This document shows, piece by piece, positions 37,843 to 47,247 of a stretch of 64,000 bases of DNA. The notes under the pieces were generated by a model. It ran no database searches, was not told the origin of the DNA, and worked only from the letters and a program-made list of their open reading frames with translations. How positions within the stretch are numbered: position 1 is the first letter of the stretch; each line of letters starts with the position of its first letter. The stretch lies in the NCBI GenBank assembly GCA_032250835.1, contig JAVVEA010000001.1, positions 143,869 through 207,868 on the forward strand, read 5' to 3'. This stretch comes from a bacterium. GTDB taxonomy: Bacteria; SAR324; XYD2-FULL-50-16. The position numbers and the translations under genes were made by a program.

Positions 37843-39597
37843 ATGATGCAAACCTATAAGGGCCTGGGTGTTTCTGATGGTGTAGCCATCGGTAAGGTCC
37901 TTAAAATCCACTCAGCTTTCGTCAACTATCCTCGTGTTGAGATCACCGATGAAGGGGACCTGCCCAAGGAAGTGGAGCGCATCGAGAAAGCCCAAGCCCT
38001 AACCGAGGCCCAGTTAGCCGAGATCACCGCCCAATCCAGCGAACTAGACGAAGACATCAAACAGGTTTTTTCTAGCTACCGTATGTTGCTGCGGGACAAA
38101 CAATTTGTCCCCGAAATCATTGCCCGCATCAACCGAGACCAGATCAACGCCGAATGGGCTTTGATCCGCGTGGTGGCTTCGCTAGAAGACCGCTTTTCAA
38201 AAATCGACAACCCCTACATCAAAGCCCGGATTGCCGATGTGCGGCAGTTAGGCGAAAAACTGATGAACAACCTGCTGGAAAAGCCAGCGTTGGACATCTC
38301 CCGTTTTAAGCAGCCGGTCATCATCGTCTGCCACGATATCAGCCCCGCCGATGCATTCCACCTAAACAAAGACAATATTTTAGGGATCGTCACCGAATTG
38401 GGCGGCATGACCAGCCATAGCTCGATTTTGGCGCGGGCGATGAACATTCCGGCAGTGGTCGGTGTGCGTGACGTGACGCACCGAATCTTTGATGATTCGA
38501 CCTGTATCTTAGACGGCAATACCGGCGAAGTGATCGACCAACCCAGCCAGGAGGTGATCGACGAAAAGCTGGATAAAAAAGAGAAGCTCAACTACCTCCA
38601 GTCCCAGCTCAACCTGCTGATTGGACAGCAATGTAAGCTCGCCGACGGCAGTGTGGTGGACCTTGCCGCCAACTTGGACTTCCTGGCCGAATTGCCGATG
38701 ATCAAGGAATATAAGATCCCTTCGATCGGGCTGGTGCGCACTGAGTTTTTGTTTCTGCTCGAGGGGCAGTTCCCCACCGAAGAGGAACAATTTGAAGTTT
38801 ACAAACAAGTGATTGATCAGTCCGGTTGCAACCCCATCACCTTTCGGACCTGGGACATCGGCGCCGACAAAACCACCAGCTTGATCGCGGAATTAATTGA
38901 AGAAGCCAACCCCGCCTTGGGGTTTCGGGGGATTAGAACCTGCCTACGCTACGAGAACATCTTACGTCCCCAGATACGCGCCCTGTTGCGGGCCAGTGAG
39001 CTTTGCCAGTTAAAGCTGATGATCCCGATGGTCACCAGGATCGACGAGGTTTCCAAAACCGCCAAGATCGTTGAGGAAGAACGCCGTTCTTTAGGGATAA
39101 AAAACCCCAACCTCCAGCTGGGCTGTATGTTAGAGACCCCGGCGGCGGTTTTTATCCTAGACGACCTACTAGACCTTTGCGACTTCGTGAGCATCGGCAC
39201 CAACGACTTGATCCAATATTCCCTGGCCGTAGACCGGATGAACGAACATGTTTCGAACTTGTTTGACCCCTTCCATCCGGCTATCCTAAAAATGCTTGAG
39301 TCAGCAGTACGAACCTGCAACCGACGCGGCAAACCAGTGTCCATTTGCGGTGAATTGGCGGCCAATCCGATCATGCAAATGTTCTTGCTCGGTAGTGGTG
39401 AACTGACCTTCTCCATGAGCCCCAATATGGTGCTTAAAACCAAGCGGGTCTTAAGCAAAGTGGATAAAAGTTTCTGTAAAAAAACGGCCTTTCAGTTCGT
39501 TAACAAGCACAGCTCCGACGAAGCCAACCGGCTTGCCGAGGCATTGTACCACGAATATGTAGACGAACTAGCGAATCTAACCCAGGAGATCCAATGA
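37843..39597 (+). CDS. ptsI: Phosphoenolpyruvate-protein phosphotransferase (PTS enzyme I)
   Basis: 584 aa. Phospho-His region GGMTSHSSILARAMNIPAVVG. PEP-utilising C-terminal domain. No N-terminal GAF. Confidence 0.85.
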   Translation: MMQTYKGLGVSDGVAIGKVLKIHSAFVNYPRVEITDEGDLPKEVERIEKAQALTEAQLAEITAQSSELDEDIKQVFSSYRMLLRDKQFVPEIIARINRDQINAEWALIRVVASLEDRFSKIDNPYIKARIADVRQLGEKLMNNLLEKPALDISRFKQPVIIVCHDISPADAFHLNKDNILGIVTELGGMTSHSSILARAMNIPAVVGVRDVTHRIFDDSTCILDGNTGEVIDQPSQEVIDEKLDKKEKLNYLQSQLNLLIGQQCKLADGSVVDLAANLDFLAELPMIKEYKIPSIGLVRTEFLFLLEGQFPTEEEQFEVYKQVIDQSGCNPITFRTWDIGADKTTSLIAELIEEANPALGFRGIRTCLRYENILRPQIRALLRASELCQLKLMIPMVTRIDEVSKTAKIVEEERRSLGIKNPNLQLGCMLETPAAVFILDDLLDLCDFVSIGTNDLIQYSLAVDRMNEHVSNLFDPFHPAILKMLESAVRTCNRRGKPVSICGELAANPIMQMFLLGSGELTFSMSPNMVLKTKRVLSKVDKSFCKKTAFQFVNKHSSDEANRLAEALYHEYVDELANLTQEIQ

Positions 39598-39998
39598 TTT
39601 CAGCCTCCGAAGCACTCACCCTGATCAAAGCCAACCCCAAAGTGGCCATTGTGGGTTTAAGCCCCAAAGAAGACCGACCGAGCTATCATGTCGGCCAGTT
39701 TTTAGCCGGCCATGACTTTAAGATCACCCCGATCCATCCGGCGCACCCCGAGATTATGGGATTTGCGGCCAAGGCTTCTTTGGCCGAATTGTCGCCTGGG
39801 GAAGTAGACTGGATCGACCTCTTTTTAAACCCCGACCGGCTGATGGACTTAGTTGATGAGATCAAACGGCTGAAACCCAAGTTGGTTTGGTGTCAGATTG
39901 GGGTGGTCAATGAAGAGTTTAACGCCCTCATCGAAGGGGCCGGTATCCCCCTGATCGCCAATGTATGCCCCAAAATCGAATGGAGCCGCCACGGATGA
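39594..39998 (+). CDS. CoA-binding domain protein (YccU/YneT-like)
   Basis: 134 aa. VAIVGLSPKEDRPSYHVGQFL resembles the Rossmann-like CoA-binding fold. 4-nt overlap with ptsI. Confidence 0.65.
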   Translation: MISASEALTLIKANPKVAIVGLSPKEDRPSYHVGQFLAGHDFKITPIHPAHPEIMGFAAKASLAELSPGEVDWIDLFLNPDRLMDLVDEIKRLKPKLVWCQIGVVNEEFNALIEGAGIPLIANVCPKIEWSRHG

Positions 39999-40510
39999 GT
40001 CCGATCCCTGAGCTATCCCAATATCGGTTGTCCATAGACCTATTTGACCGCGCCCTGCTCGACCTTCTGGCTGAGCGCGCCCGGATGGCTCGGGGTTGTA
40101 GCGTTTGCGTCAGTGATCGGGGAATGATCTGGCACGGCATGGGCCACAACCGAGAAGCCATGGCCCGAGGGCTGTCGGCTCCTTTTTTAGAGCAGTTTGG
40201 GGGCCTCTTGGACCAAATGGGTTCATGGCAAGTGCCGTCCCCCCTGACGGGTCTTGTCTTAGACGATCTCTTGGGAAGTCTGGAGGTTTTAGATCGGACT
40301 ATTTTGATGATCCTTTCGGAACGATTTAAAGTGGTCCGGCGTATCGGGGCGCTCAAGCGAGCCAACGACATGGCTCCCTTAGACCCGCGCCGTTGGCACA
40401 GCCTACTGTCCGAACGGCTGGATAAAGGCGAGGTCTTAGGCCTCGACCGCGACTGGACCCGGCAATTGTTTGAAGCCATCCACGACTATGCCCTGCATCT
40501 CGAATCATAG
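39995..40510 (+). CDS. Chorismate mutase-like (AroQ-fold) protein with an extra N-terminal helix
   Basis: 171 aa. C-terminal LDRTILMILSERFKVVRRIGALKR...LDPRRWHSLLSERL...QLFEAI fits the three-helix AroQ pattern. N-terminal YRLSIDLFDRALLDLLAERAR repeats the helix-1 pattern. Start taken from the ATGA overlap with the upstream gene. Confidence 0.45.
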   Translation: MSPIPELSQYRLSIDLFDRALLDLLAERARMARGCSVCVSDRGMIWHGMGHNREAMARGLSAPFLEQFGGLLDQMGSWQVPSPLTGLVLDDLLGSLEVLDRTILMILSERFKVVRRIGALKRANDMAPLDPRRWHSLLSERLDKGEVLGLDRDWTRQLFEAIHDYALHLES

Positions 40511-40514
40511 GCCC

Positions 40515-41123
40515 ATGCGCCCGCTGTTGATTCTCTTCACCAAATACCCCCGCCCCGGTGAAGCTAAAACCCGTTTGATCCCGGCTTTAGGTCCCCAAGG
40601 AGCCGCTCAGGCCCACCGCCAAATGGTCGAGCATTGCCTTAAAAGGCTCACCGATCCCCTATCCTGGGACTTAGAAGTCCACTATGGGGACAACACCAAC
40701 GGCCAAGAGATGGCCTCATGGTTGGGTGAGCTTTCCCTGCGCGCTCAAGGCCCAGGAGACCTGGGGGCCAAAATGTTGACCTCCTTTCAAGAAGCTTTCG
40801 CGCGGGGATACCAAAGGGTGGTTTTGATCGGCAGTGACTGCCCGGATCTTGACCCCTCCTATATAAACCAAGCTATATCGGCATTGGAAGATCATCAGTT
40901 GGTTTTGGGTCCTACCCTGGACGGGGGTTATTGCTTGATTGCCTTGACCGGGCCCTACAGCTCTTTGTTCGAGCAAATCCCCTGGTCTACCGATCAAGTG
41001 CTTTCCTTAACGCTCAAAATCGCCGCAGAAGAAGGAATTAATACCTATTGCTGCTCCGAGCTTGCAGATGTCGATGAACCTCAAGATTTAGACCGTTTTT
41101 GGGCTCATTTCCCCAAACCATGA
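40515..41123 (+). CDS. DUF2064 (TIGR04282-type) glycosyltransferase-like protein
   Basis: About 200 aa. PLLILFTKYPRPGEAKTRLIPALG N-terminus is characteristic of DUF2064. Start set at the internal Met, 4 nt after the upstream stop. Confidence 0.65.
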   Translation: MRPLLILFTKYPRPGEAKTRLIPALGPQGAAQAHRQMVEHCLKRLTDPLSWDLEVHYGDNTNGQEMASWLGELSLRAQGPGDLGAKMLTSFQEAFARGYQRVVLIGSDCPDLDPSYINQAISALEDHQLVLGPTLDGGYCLIALTGPYSSLFEQIPWSTDQVLSLTLKIAAEEGINTYCCSELADVDEPQDLDRFWAHFPKP

Positions 41124-41818
41124 AGATCAGCCTGATCATAGCCTGTTACAACGAAGCCCAAGCCCTGCCCCTTTTGTTGCAAGAGGTCCAAAAGGAGCCT
41201 CCCTTTGAGGTTCTAGTGGCCGATGGCGGCAGCGAAGACGGCAGTCAATCCTTGGTCGAGGGCTATCCAGACGTTCAGTTGGTCACCTGCCCTAAAGGGC
41301 GCGCCCGGCAGTTTAACGAAGCAGCCCAAAGGGCCCGGGGGGACCTGTTGGTCTTTTTACACGCCGACAGCCGCCTCTCGCCGGGCTGGGCAGCTGAAGC
41401 CAGACGCTTGATGGGCAACCCCAAAAACCAATTGGGGGCCTATCGGTTTAAAACGGACCAGCAGGGTTTAGGCATGTCTTTGTTGGCTTGGGGCGTGCGG
41501 CTGCGGTGCTGGCTCTTTCATTTGCCTTACGGGGATCAGGGGTTGATCCTGCGCCGCACTGATTTCAACGCCCTCGGTGGCTTCGGCGACATGCCCCTGC
41601 TGGACGATCTCGACCTAGTCCAGCGAGCCAAACAGCGCGGCCGAGTGGTCCTTTCTGCGCTACCGCTGATCACCTCAGCCCGACGTTGGCGCAAAGGAGG
41701 CCTTTGGCAGGTTACCTGGATCAACCAAAAGGTCTTGTGGCTCTATTGGCTAGGTAAGGACCCTAAAGAACTCAAGGAACTCTACCAAAGTATGGCGGAT
41801 AAGGAAAAAACGATTTGA
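41120..41818 (+). CDS. Family 2 glycosyltransferase (TIGR04283-like partner of DUF2064)
   Basis: KISLIIACYNEAQALP GT2 N-terminal motif with DxD-like region. ATGA overlap with the upstream gene. Confidence 0.7.
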   Translation: MKISLIIACYNEAQALPLLLQEVQKEPPFEVLVADGGSEDGSQSLVEGYPDVQLVTCPKGRARQFNEAAQRARGDLLVFLHADSRLSPGWAAEARRLMGNPKNQLGAYRFKTDQQGLGMSLLAWGVRLRCWLFHLPYGDQGLILRRTDFNALGGFGDMPLLDDLDLVQRAKQRGRVVLSALPLITSARRWRKGGLWQVTWINQKVLWLYWLGKDPKELKELYQSMADKEKTI

Positions 41819-41858
41819 CAGCTTGAGGCACGCAGGCTACCTATTGGATTCACTTCTT

Positions 41859-41934
41859 GGGGCCTTAGCTCAGTTGGTAGAGCGCAACGCTGGCAGCGTT
41901 GAGGTCATCGGTTCGACCCCGATAGGCTCCACCA
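41859..41934 (+). tRNA. tRNA-Ala (anticodon GGC)
   Basis: Manually folded cloverleaf. 7-bp acceptor stem with the G3:U70 alanine identity pair. Anticodon loop CTGGCAG. T-arm GGTTCGA. Discriminator A plus encoded CCA. Confidence 0.9.
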
Positions 41935-42132
41935 AGATCCCCCTCCGCCTTAGCTCTCCTAAAAAACTTGCTCTTAGCTAATGTTAGGCTTCTCTACGCC
42001 GGTGCATCCACCTTTTGGCGGGCTGCCCCAGTTCGCGGGGCTCGGTACCCTTTGACTCGATCAAAAATCCCCTAACCGGTCTCTCTAGTTTCTTAGGCCG
42101 CACAATATATAAGCCGCCCCTTGCGGGCTAGG

Positions 42133-42693
42133 TTAGTCTACCTTTGGGCCCTCTGCAATCAGGGGTTTGCAGTTATTCTCTCGATCAAACCAGCCTCTTT
42201 TTGCCTCCATTGCCGCTTGGTGGAGTTCATGGTAAACCGCCCCTCGGCTGGAGTGGTATTGCGGAACCGCCCAGCCGTCATTGATCAACTCTTCTTGCAC
42301 GTCAATCAATTTAGCGGTGAAAACCGCCCGAATGAAGCGCCCATATCGATCTTTGTCGTCTCCATCGCGTTGTACATACAACCATTTGGTATTTAAAAGT
42401 TTTACCAATTCATCTTTAGATTCTTGGCCGCAGGTTTGCTTGACATGGTGGCCGTAGTCATAAAGTTCTGGGGCGTTGACGGCCGAAAGCCTAATTTTTA
42501 CGGGTTTAAGCTGATACATCGCCGTGATCGTATCCCCGTCTATAACAGTCCCCAAACGAGCTATATGGTGGTAAGACCACCAACCGGCCATGATTGGTAG
42601 GGAAAAAATCAACAAGAGCCTTAAGGTTAGCTTAAAGAGTCTTAGTATAACTTTTTTTAGTTGAGAAATGTATTCTACTAATCTGTTTTTCAT
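42133..42693 (-). CDS. Membrane-anchored thermonuclease (staphylococcal nuclease, SNase-fold) homologue
   Basis: 186 aa. N-terminal TM/signal anchor. VIDGDTI...KIRLSAVNAPE Ca-binding/catalytic region. DKDRYGR and EAKRGWF match conserved SNase blocks. Gene GC is visibly lower than its neighbours. Confidence 0.7.
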   Translation of the reverse strand: MKNRLVEYISQLKKVILRLFKLTLRLLLIFSLPIMAGWWSYHHIARLGTVIDGDTITAMYQLKPVKIRLSAVNAPELYDYGHHVKQTCGQESKDELVKLLNTKWLYVQRDGDDKDRYGRFIRAVFTAKLIDVQEELINDGWAVPQYHSSRGAVYHELHQAAMEAKRGWFDRENNCKPLIAEGPKVD

Positions 42694-43151
42694 TGTTTTA
42701 TGTGTTCAGAAAGGTTGCTTTGGGCGGTTGATAGGGTAAGCGGGGTTTGTTTCCTGTTCGGAGTCTCCCATAGATATTCAGTTTTAACCCAGCTTTATCG
42801 GATACAACAGAAGAATTGGGATCAACAGGTTACCGCTCGTTGAGTGGTTTAAAAAGCTTTTCTGTTTTGTCCCTGATCCCGCCTCGAAAGTCGGGTATTT
42901 TACAAAGGAATTTCCAGTTTTAAGGTATTTACCTGATCTACGCACACTAGGCGGACCAAGCTAGATACCCGTTGGGTAGAGGTTTAGCACCTAAGAAAAT
43001 TAGGTAGCCCAATTTTTATCCACTTTAAAGTGAGTCGGTTGAATTAAAGACCAAAAATTTAACAGATTCGCTGATTGCGGCACAATAGTAAAACTTAGTA
43101 TAGTTTTAAGAATATTTAGATATTTCATTCACCCTTTACCGATACGCTGCC

Positions 43152-45155
43152 ATGTCGTTCATAAAAAAGTTTAAACTCACCCTAGCCGCCGGTCAAACCG
43201 TCTTAATCCTCTTGCTGTTGACTTTAGCGGCTATGGGTTACTTTGGCTTGAAGTCAGTTTACGAGGGCTTTGTTGAATACCGCGGATTGGCCCGAACGAG
43301 CAATCTAGCGGGAAGTTTAGAGAGCAACATGCTGATGGTTCGGATGAACGTCAAAGACTTCTTGATCACCGGGTCTCAAAAAGACGTGGAACAATTTGAG
43401 TCTTACGACCAGAAGATGAACGACTACCTATCCCAAGCCCGCGAGCACATAAAGGACCCAAAGCAAAGCGCTTTCATCAGCCAAATCACCCAAAGCGTGA
43501 CTAGCTATGAACATAATTTTAGAGAGGTCGTTAAATTCCGGGCTGAGCGCGATAAATTGGTTTTGGACACCCTGAATCCAGTGGGCCTAAAAATGCGCCA
43601 AAACCTTTCCAGCATTATGGATGGCGCAAACCGAGACCGGGATTCACAGGCTACTTTTCTAGCCGCAAAGGCCCAGGAAAACTTGCTTTTGGCCCGTCTG
43701 TATGTTGTCAAGTTTCTTGAATCCAACCAAGCAGAAGACGCCAAAAGGGCTCACGACGAACTAAAGGCCTTACAGAGCTCTTTACCCCAGTTGGACCGCG
43801 CCATACAAAACCGCACTAGGCGCAATCTATTGGCCGATACGCGCAACGGATTAACAGCCTACCGCAATACCTTCACCAAGCTTGAAAAACTAATCGCCCA
43901 ACGTAACCAGATTATCAGCGGTGAATTAGACCGAATCGGACCAGTAATCGCCCAAGCCGCCGCTGATGTTCAATCCTCTGTCAAAACGGCCCAAGACGAG
44001 TTGGGGCCTCGGTTACAAAGTTTTTCTCAATCCGTTTTAAATTGGACCTTAGGTATTGTGGTCTTTAGTGTCCTGATTGGAACGGTTATGGTGGTGCTGT
44101 TTGTCCGTTCAATCCGCAGCCTCACGGGTTTGATGAATGATATGGTCAGTAACTTGGGCCAAGCGGCTTCGCAAGTCGCCGCCGCCTCTAACCAGCTTTC
44201 AAGCTCCAGCGAACAGCTAGCCGAAGGAGCTACTGAGCAGGCGGCCAATTTGGAAGAAACTTCGGCGGCTACCGAAGAAGTTGCCCAGCAGGCGGAATCC
44301 AACGCAAGCATCGCCCGTGACGGGGAAAAAATGTCGCGCCAGATGGCGGAGTTGATCGCCCAGGCCAATGAAAAGACCAACAGTGTCGCCACGTTGTCTT
44401 CGAAGGCCATGCAGTCCAGTGACGAAGGGGTAAAAGCCATCGTGGGCGTGACCCACTCCATGGGGAATATCCGCACCACCAGCAGTAAGATCACTAAGAT
44501 CATTGATGTTATCAACAGCATAGCCAATAACACCAACCTCCTCAGCCTAAACGCCGCCATCGAGGCCGCCAAGGCCGGGGAGCAAGGCAAAGGATTTGCA
44601 GTGGTCGCCGATGAGGTCTCCAAACTGGCGGCCCACTCCTCAAAAAGTGCGGCTGAGATTTCACAATTGATCGAAGAGTCGGCCCACCTCGCGCAAGAAG
44701 GCGACCGGGTGGCCCAACGGGCCGAAGAAGTTCTCCGCGAAATTGCCGCCAACAGCAAAGAAGTGAATGGTTTGATAGAAGAAGTGAACCGATTCTCGGC
44801 GACTCAGGCCCGGCAGATGGACGAGATGATGGCGATGGTTGGGGGGATTCGAACAGCGAGCGACGAACAGTCCAACGGCGTCACCGAAATCGCCCGCGCC
44901 TTGACCGAGCTAGACAAGGTCACCCAAACCAATGCAGCCAACGCCGAGGAGTCGGCAGCGGCTTCTGAGCAATTAAGCGCCCAAGCCGTTTCCTTACAAT
45001 CGATTGTGGTACAAATCGGCAAGGAATTTGACATTGCCATCCAGTCATCCCAAGGCGGTCAAGTAAAGCATGCTAGGAGCGCGAAACCGGTAATGCCCCA
45101 CCGCAAAACGCCCGACGAAACCGTGACGGATCGAAAGGAGTTTTCGGGTTTCTAA
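43152..45155 (+). CDS. Methyl-accepting chemotaxis protein
   Basis: 667 aa. N-terminal TM, helical periplasmic sensor, second TM, HAMP, methylation heptads, highly conserved signalling hairpin ([27 protein letters not shown]). Confidence 0.9.
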   Translation: MSFIKKFKLTLAAGQTVLILLLLTLAAMGYFGLKSVYEGFVEYRGLARTSNLAGSLESNMLMVRMNVKDFLITGSQKDVEQFESYDQKMNDYLSQAREHIKDPKQSAFISQITQSVTSYEHNFREVVKFRAERDKLVLDTLNPVGLKMRQNLSSIMDGANRDRDSQATFLAAKAQENLLLARLYVVKFLESNQAEDAKRAHDELKALQSSLPQLDRAIQNRTRRNLLADTRNGLTAYRNTFTKLEKLIAQRNQIISGELDRIGPVIAQAAADVQSSVKTAQDELGPRLQSFSQSVLNWTLGIVVFSVLIGTVMVVLFVRSIRSLTGLMNDMVSNLGQAASQVAAASNQLSSSSEQLAEGATEQAANLEETSAATEEVAQQAESNASIARDGEKMSRQMAELIAQANEKTNSVATLSSKAMQSSDEGVKAIVGVTHSMGNIRTTSSKITKIIDVINSIANNTNLLSLNAAIEAAKAGEQGKGFAVVADEVSKLAAHSSKSAAEISQLIEESAHLAQEGDRVAQRAEEVLREIAANSKEVNGLIEEVNRFSATQARQMDEMMAMVGGIRTASDEQSNGVTEIARALTELDKVTQTNAANAEESAAASEQLSAQAVSLQSIVVQIGKEFDIAIQSSQGGQVKHARSAKPVMPHRKTPDETVTDRKEFSGF

Positions 45156-45176
45156 AAGGAAAGACTAGGCAAGAAA

Positions 45177-45194
45177 GGCGGGCTCCGGCCCGCC
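45177..45194. terminator. GC-rich hairpin (GGCGGGC-tccg-GCCCGCC) between convergent genes; candidate bidirectional terminator
   Basis: Perfect 7-bp stem seen directly. On the minus strand it is followed by a T-rich tract (TTTCTTGCC). Confidence 0.4.
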
Positions 45195-45238
45195 TGGATT
45201 GCGGCGGACCATTGGCGAAGACAAATTTAAGCGCTTAC

Positions 45239-45685
45239 TCAGGCCTTGGGGCAGAAATGATCGCGGCAAAGCTGCGAAAGGCCGATTTTCGCGAGATTTA
45301 CTTTGCGCAGATCCTCGGCCCAGTTGAGCGCCTGTTCGGTGGCCCGCTCGTCAAAGCCCAGCAGATTTGAAAAATGCTCTACAAGGTTTAATTCCCCGAG
45401 CAACAACCGCGAATCCGCAGCAGCGACCCGGATCATTTCGGCCAGCATATAAAAGGCCTTCTCAAAGCTCAAGCCCGGTAAGGGCGGCAAGGGGAACTTG
45501 GTTAGCTGCTCTAGCTCCGCCTGATTTAGGGCCTCTATTTCCTCTTTTTTGGTCCAATTCATGGCCTCGCGCAGGTCGATAAATTCTTCCGGCGAAACCT
45601 GACCGTCTACCACGATGATCTTCCAAATCGCTTGGGCAAACCATTTGCGCTCGGCTGCCGTAAAATCTTCTAAACAGACAACCAT
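45239..45685 (-). CDS. TerB-like (tellurite-resistance TerB / DjlA N-terminal-like) domain protein
   Basis: 148 aa. KIIVVDGQVSPEEFIDLREAM matches the TerB pattern (A.DG....E....L). Confidence 0.4.
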   Translation of the reverse strand: MVVCLEDFTAAERKWFAQAIWKIIVVDGQVSPEEFIDLREAMNWTKKEEIEALNQAELEQLTKFPLPPLPGLSFEKAFYMLAEMIRVAAADSRLLLGELNLVEHFSNLLGFDERATEQALNWAEDLRKVNLAKIGLSQLCRDHFCPKA

Positions 45686-45724
45686 CTCTTTCCCCCCCTA
45701 AATTATTTATTCCTTCGTCCTAGC

Positions 45725-46015
45725 TTAGTCGTGACGTCCCAGCTCGATCCCGGTGACCAGGATACGCCGATCTAAAACCAACAGACTGACCCAATAGCCG
45801 GGATGTGTCGGTCCATCGGCCGGGGCTGCCTTGGCGTGGATTTGGTATAAGTTGGGCGTGTCGCCTTTCTTTTTTAAGTCCCGGTGTTCGCGTTGGTATT
45901 CGCAAACCTCCAGGATGCGCGACTTGATAGACCATGCCAAGTCTTTGCGATCAATACCACAAAGGTTTTGCATAAATTGCAAAGGGGCGTCTAGGTAATT
46001 AAACGGAACGGCCAT
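45725..46015 (-). CDS. RelE/ParE-superfamily toxin-like small protein
   Basis: 96 aa. C-terminal GYWVSLLVLDRRILVTGIELGRHD resembles the ParE/RelE core (Y.i.Y.vd...v.IlrvlH..RD), as does the upstream NLYQIH element. Weak, motif-level only. Confidence 0.35.
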   Translation of the reverse strand: MAVPFNYLDAPLQFMQNLCGIDRKDLAWSIKSRILEVCEYQREHRDLKKKGDTPNLYQIHAKAAPADGPTHPGYWVSLLVLDRRILVTGIELGRHD

Positions 46016-46353
46016 TGGGTAGCAACTGAGAGATTTTTAATATAAGGATATTAGAATATATACTTTTTACTGAAAATTTGTAAATCCCCAAAATGCCCAG
46101 TCTAGCATTCTTTCTTCACCGTTAAGGACCTATTTTTATGCGCTAACCCTGCTCTACTAAATCCCTTAGATAGTCTAAAAAAGTTGTCAAAAAGGTGAGG
46201 TCTTTCTATCGTATTTATGACATCTCTAAAGCTTTGATGCCCAAGCTGACTACCGACGGGACTAGCCTTTGGATGGTTTGGACGGAAAAAGACGGATCAA
46301 AGGTAGATCAGGAACGAGCCGCTCAGCTGCCCTAGGTTTTTATAGAGGTCCGC

Positions 46354-47247
46354 TCAGGTCCAGGTGACCGGGCGGGCTTTTAGCCAAAAATAGAGCATTA
46401 GGTTGCTGGCCCCTAAGACCAGCATTCCCGCCGCACCCAGCAAGCCCCCCACTAACTCAGAGGCCCCACTGAGGTAGACCGTAGAAAGCCCGGCCACGCC
46501 GTTGATCATGCCGTGAAACAGTGCGGCGGCGGCCACTGAGTTGGCCTTGATCCGAACCCATTGGATCAAGGGACTTAAGCCCATGCACCAGAGGGTCATC
46601 ATCAACACACCGATTGCTGGGTTTTGCGGGTAGTTGTGGCCCATCAAGATCAAAGGCAGGTGCCAAACGCCCCAGGCAAGACCGATGGCCAAAGAACTCC
46701 CCCAAAAGCCCCAGGCCTTCCATTCCTTCAGCAACAACCCGCGCCAACCCAACTCCTCGCCCATAGCGAAGATGGTGTTGATCGTCATCCCGCCGATCAG
46801 TGCTTGCAGCGCGATCATCCAAAAGGGGGGGACTTTCGCCTGGGCCTCGGCTATCTGTTCGGGCGTAAGATTCGGCCCCATCTGCTGCGCCAAACCCGCC
46901 ATGTCCGGAGAAAAAGACACCCCCTCAAACAGCAAACTGACGCCGAAGCTGGCGGCGGCGAGCCCCACCGGCATCAAGACCGCCACCAGAAACCAAACAC
47001 TTGGTGCTAGGCTGAGGGGAAGGAATTCAGTGGTTTTATTGTTGTAAACCAAAAGCACAATCAGCGCCGGCACAAACATGTAGACCACGCTCATGATAAA
47101 GCCCGGTACACTGCGCAAAGACAGGTCAAAGACATAAAATCCAAAACCCATCAGCCAACAAAAACCAAAGGTCAGGATCAAATAATTCTGGGCGGCGTAG
47201 CGTTTCTTTTTGGGCTGTTTTTTCCGGCTTTTTGGCGTTTGAGACAT
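46354..47247 (-). CDS. CPBP-family intramembrane metalloprotease (CAAX protease / Abi-like)
   Basis: 297 aa multi-TM. Motif 1 MGEELGWRG. Downstream His motifs (FHGMINGV). Basic N-terminal tail. Confidence 0.75.
   Translation of the reverse strand: MSQTPKSRKKQPKKKRYAAQNYLILTFGFCWLMGFGFYVFDLSLRSVPGFIMSVVYMFVPALIVLLVYNNKTTEFLPLSLAPSVWFLVAVLMPVGLAAASFGVSLLFEGVSFSPDMAGLAQQMGPNLTPEQIAEAQAKVPPFWMIALQALIGGMTINTIFAMGEELGWRGLLLKEWKAWGFWGSSLAIGLAWGVWHLPLILMGHNYPQNPAIGVLMMTLWCMGLSPLIQWVRIKANSVAAAALFHGMINGVAGLSTVYLSGASELVGGLLGAAGMLVLGASNLMLYFWLKARPVTWT

Noticed and set aside
43100-43151. Possible sigma28 (FliA)-type promoter (CCGATAC) immediately upstream of the MCP
   Set aside because: A -35 TAAA element is not at the correct 15-bp spacing, and the -10-like element would end only about 8 nt before the ATG, leaving no room for an RBS.
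42694-43151. c-di-GMP (GEMM) riboswitch upstream of the chemoreceptor gene
   Set aside because: Conserved GEMM cores (GGCAAACC / ACGCAAAGC) were searched by eye and not found. This and the other long spacers (57070-57532 and 60065-60457) were checked the same way.
46240-46344. 34-codon plus-strand ORF (MPKLTTDGTSLWMVWTEKDGSKVDQERAAQLP) in the AT-rich spacer, considered as a possible antitoxin
   Set aside because: It is on the opposite strand to the RelE-like gene, lacks an obvious RBS, and is too short to support without conservation data.
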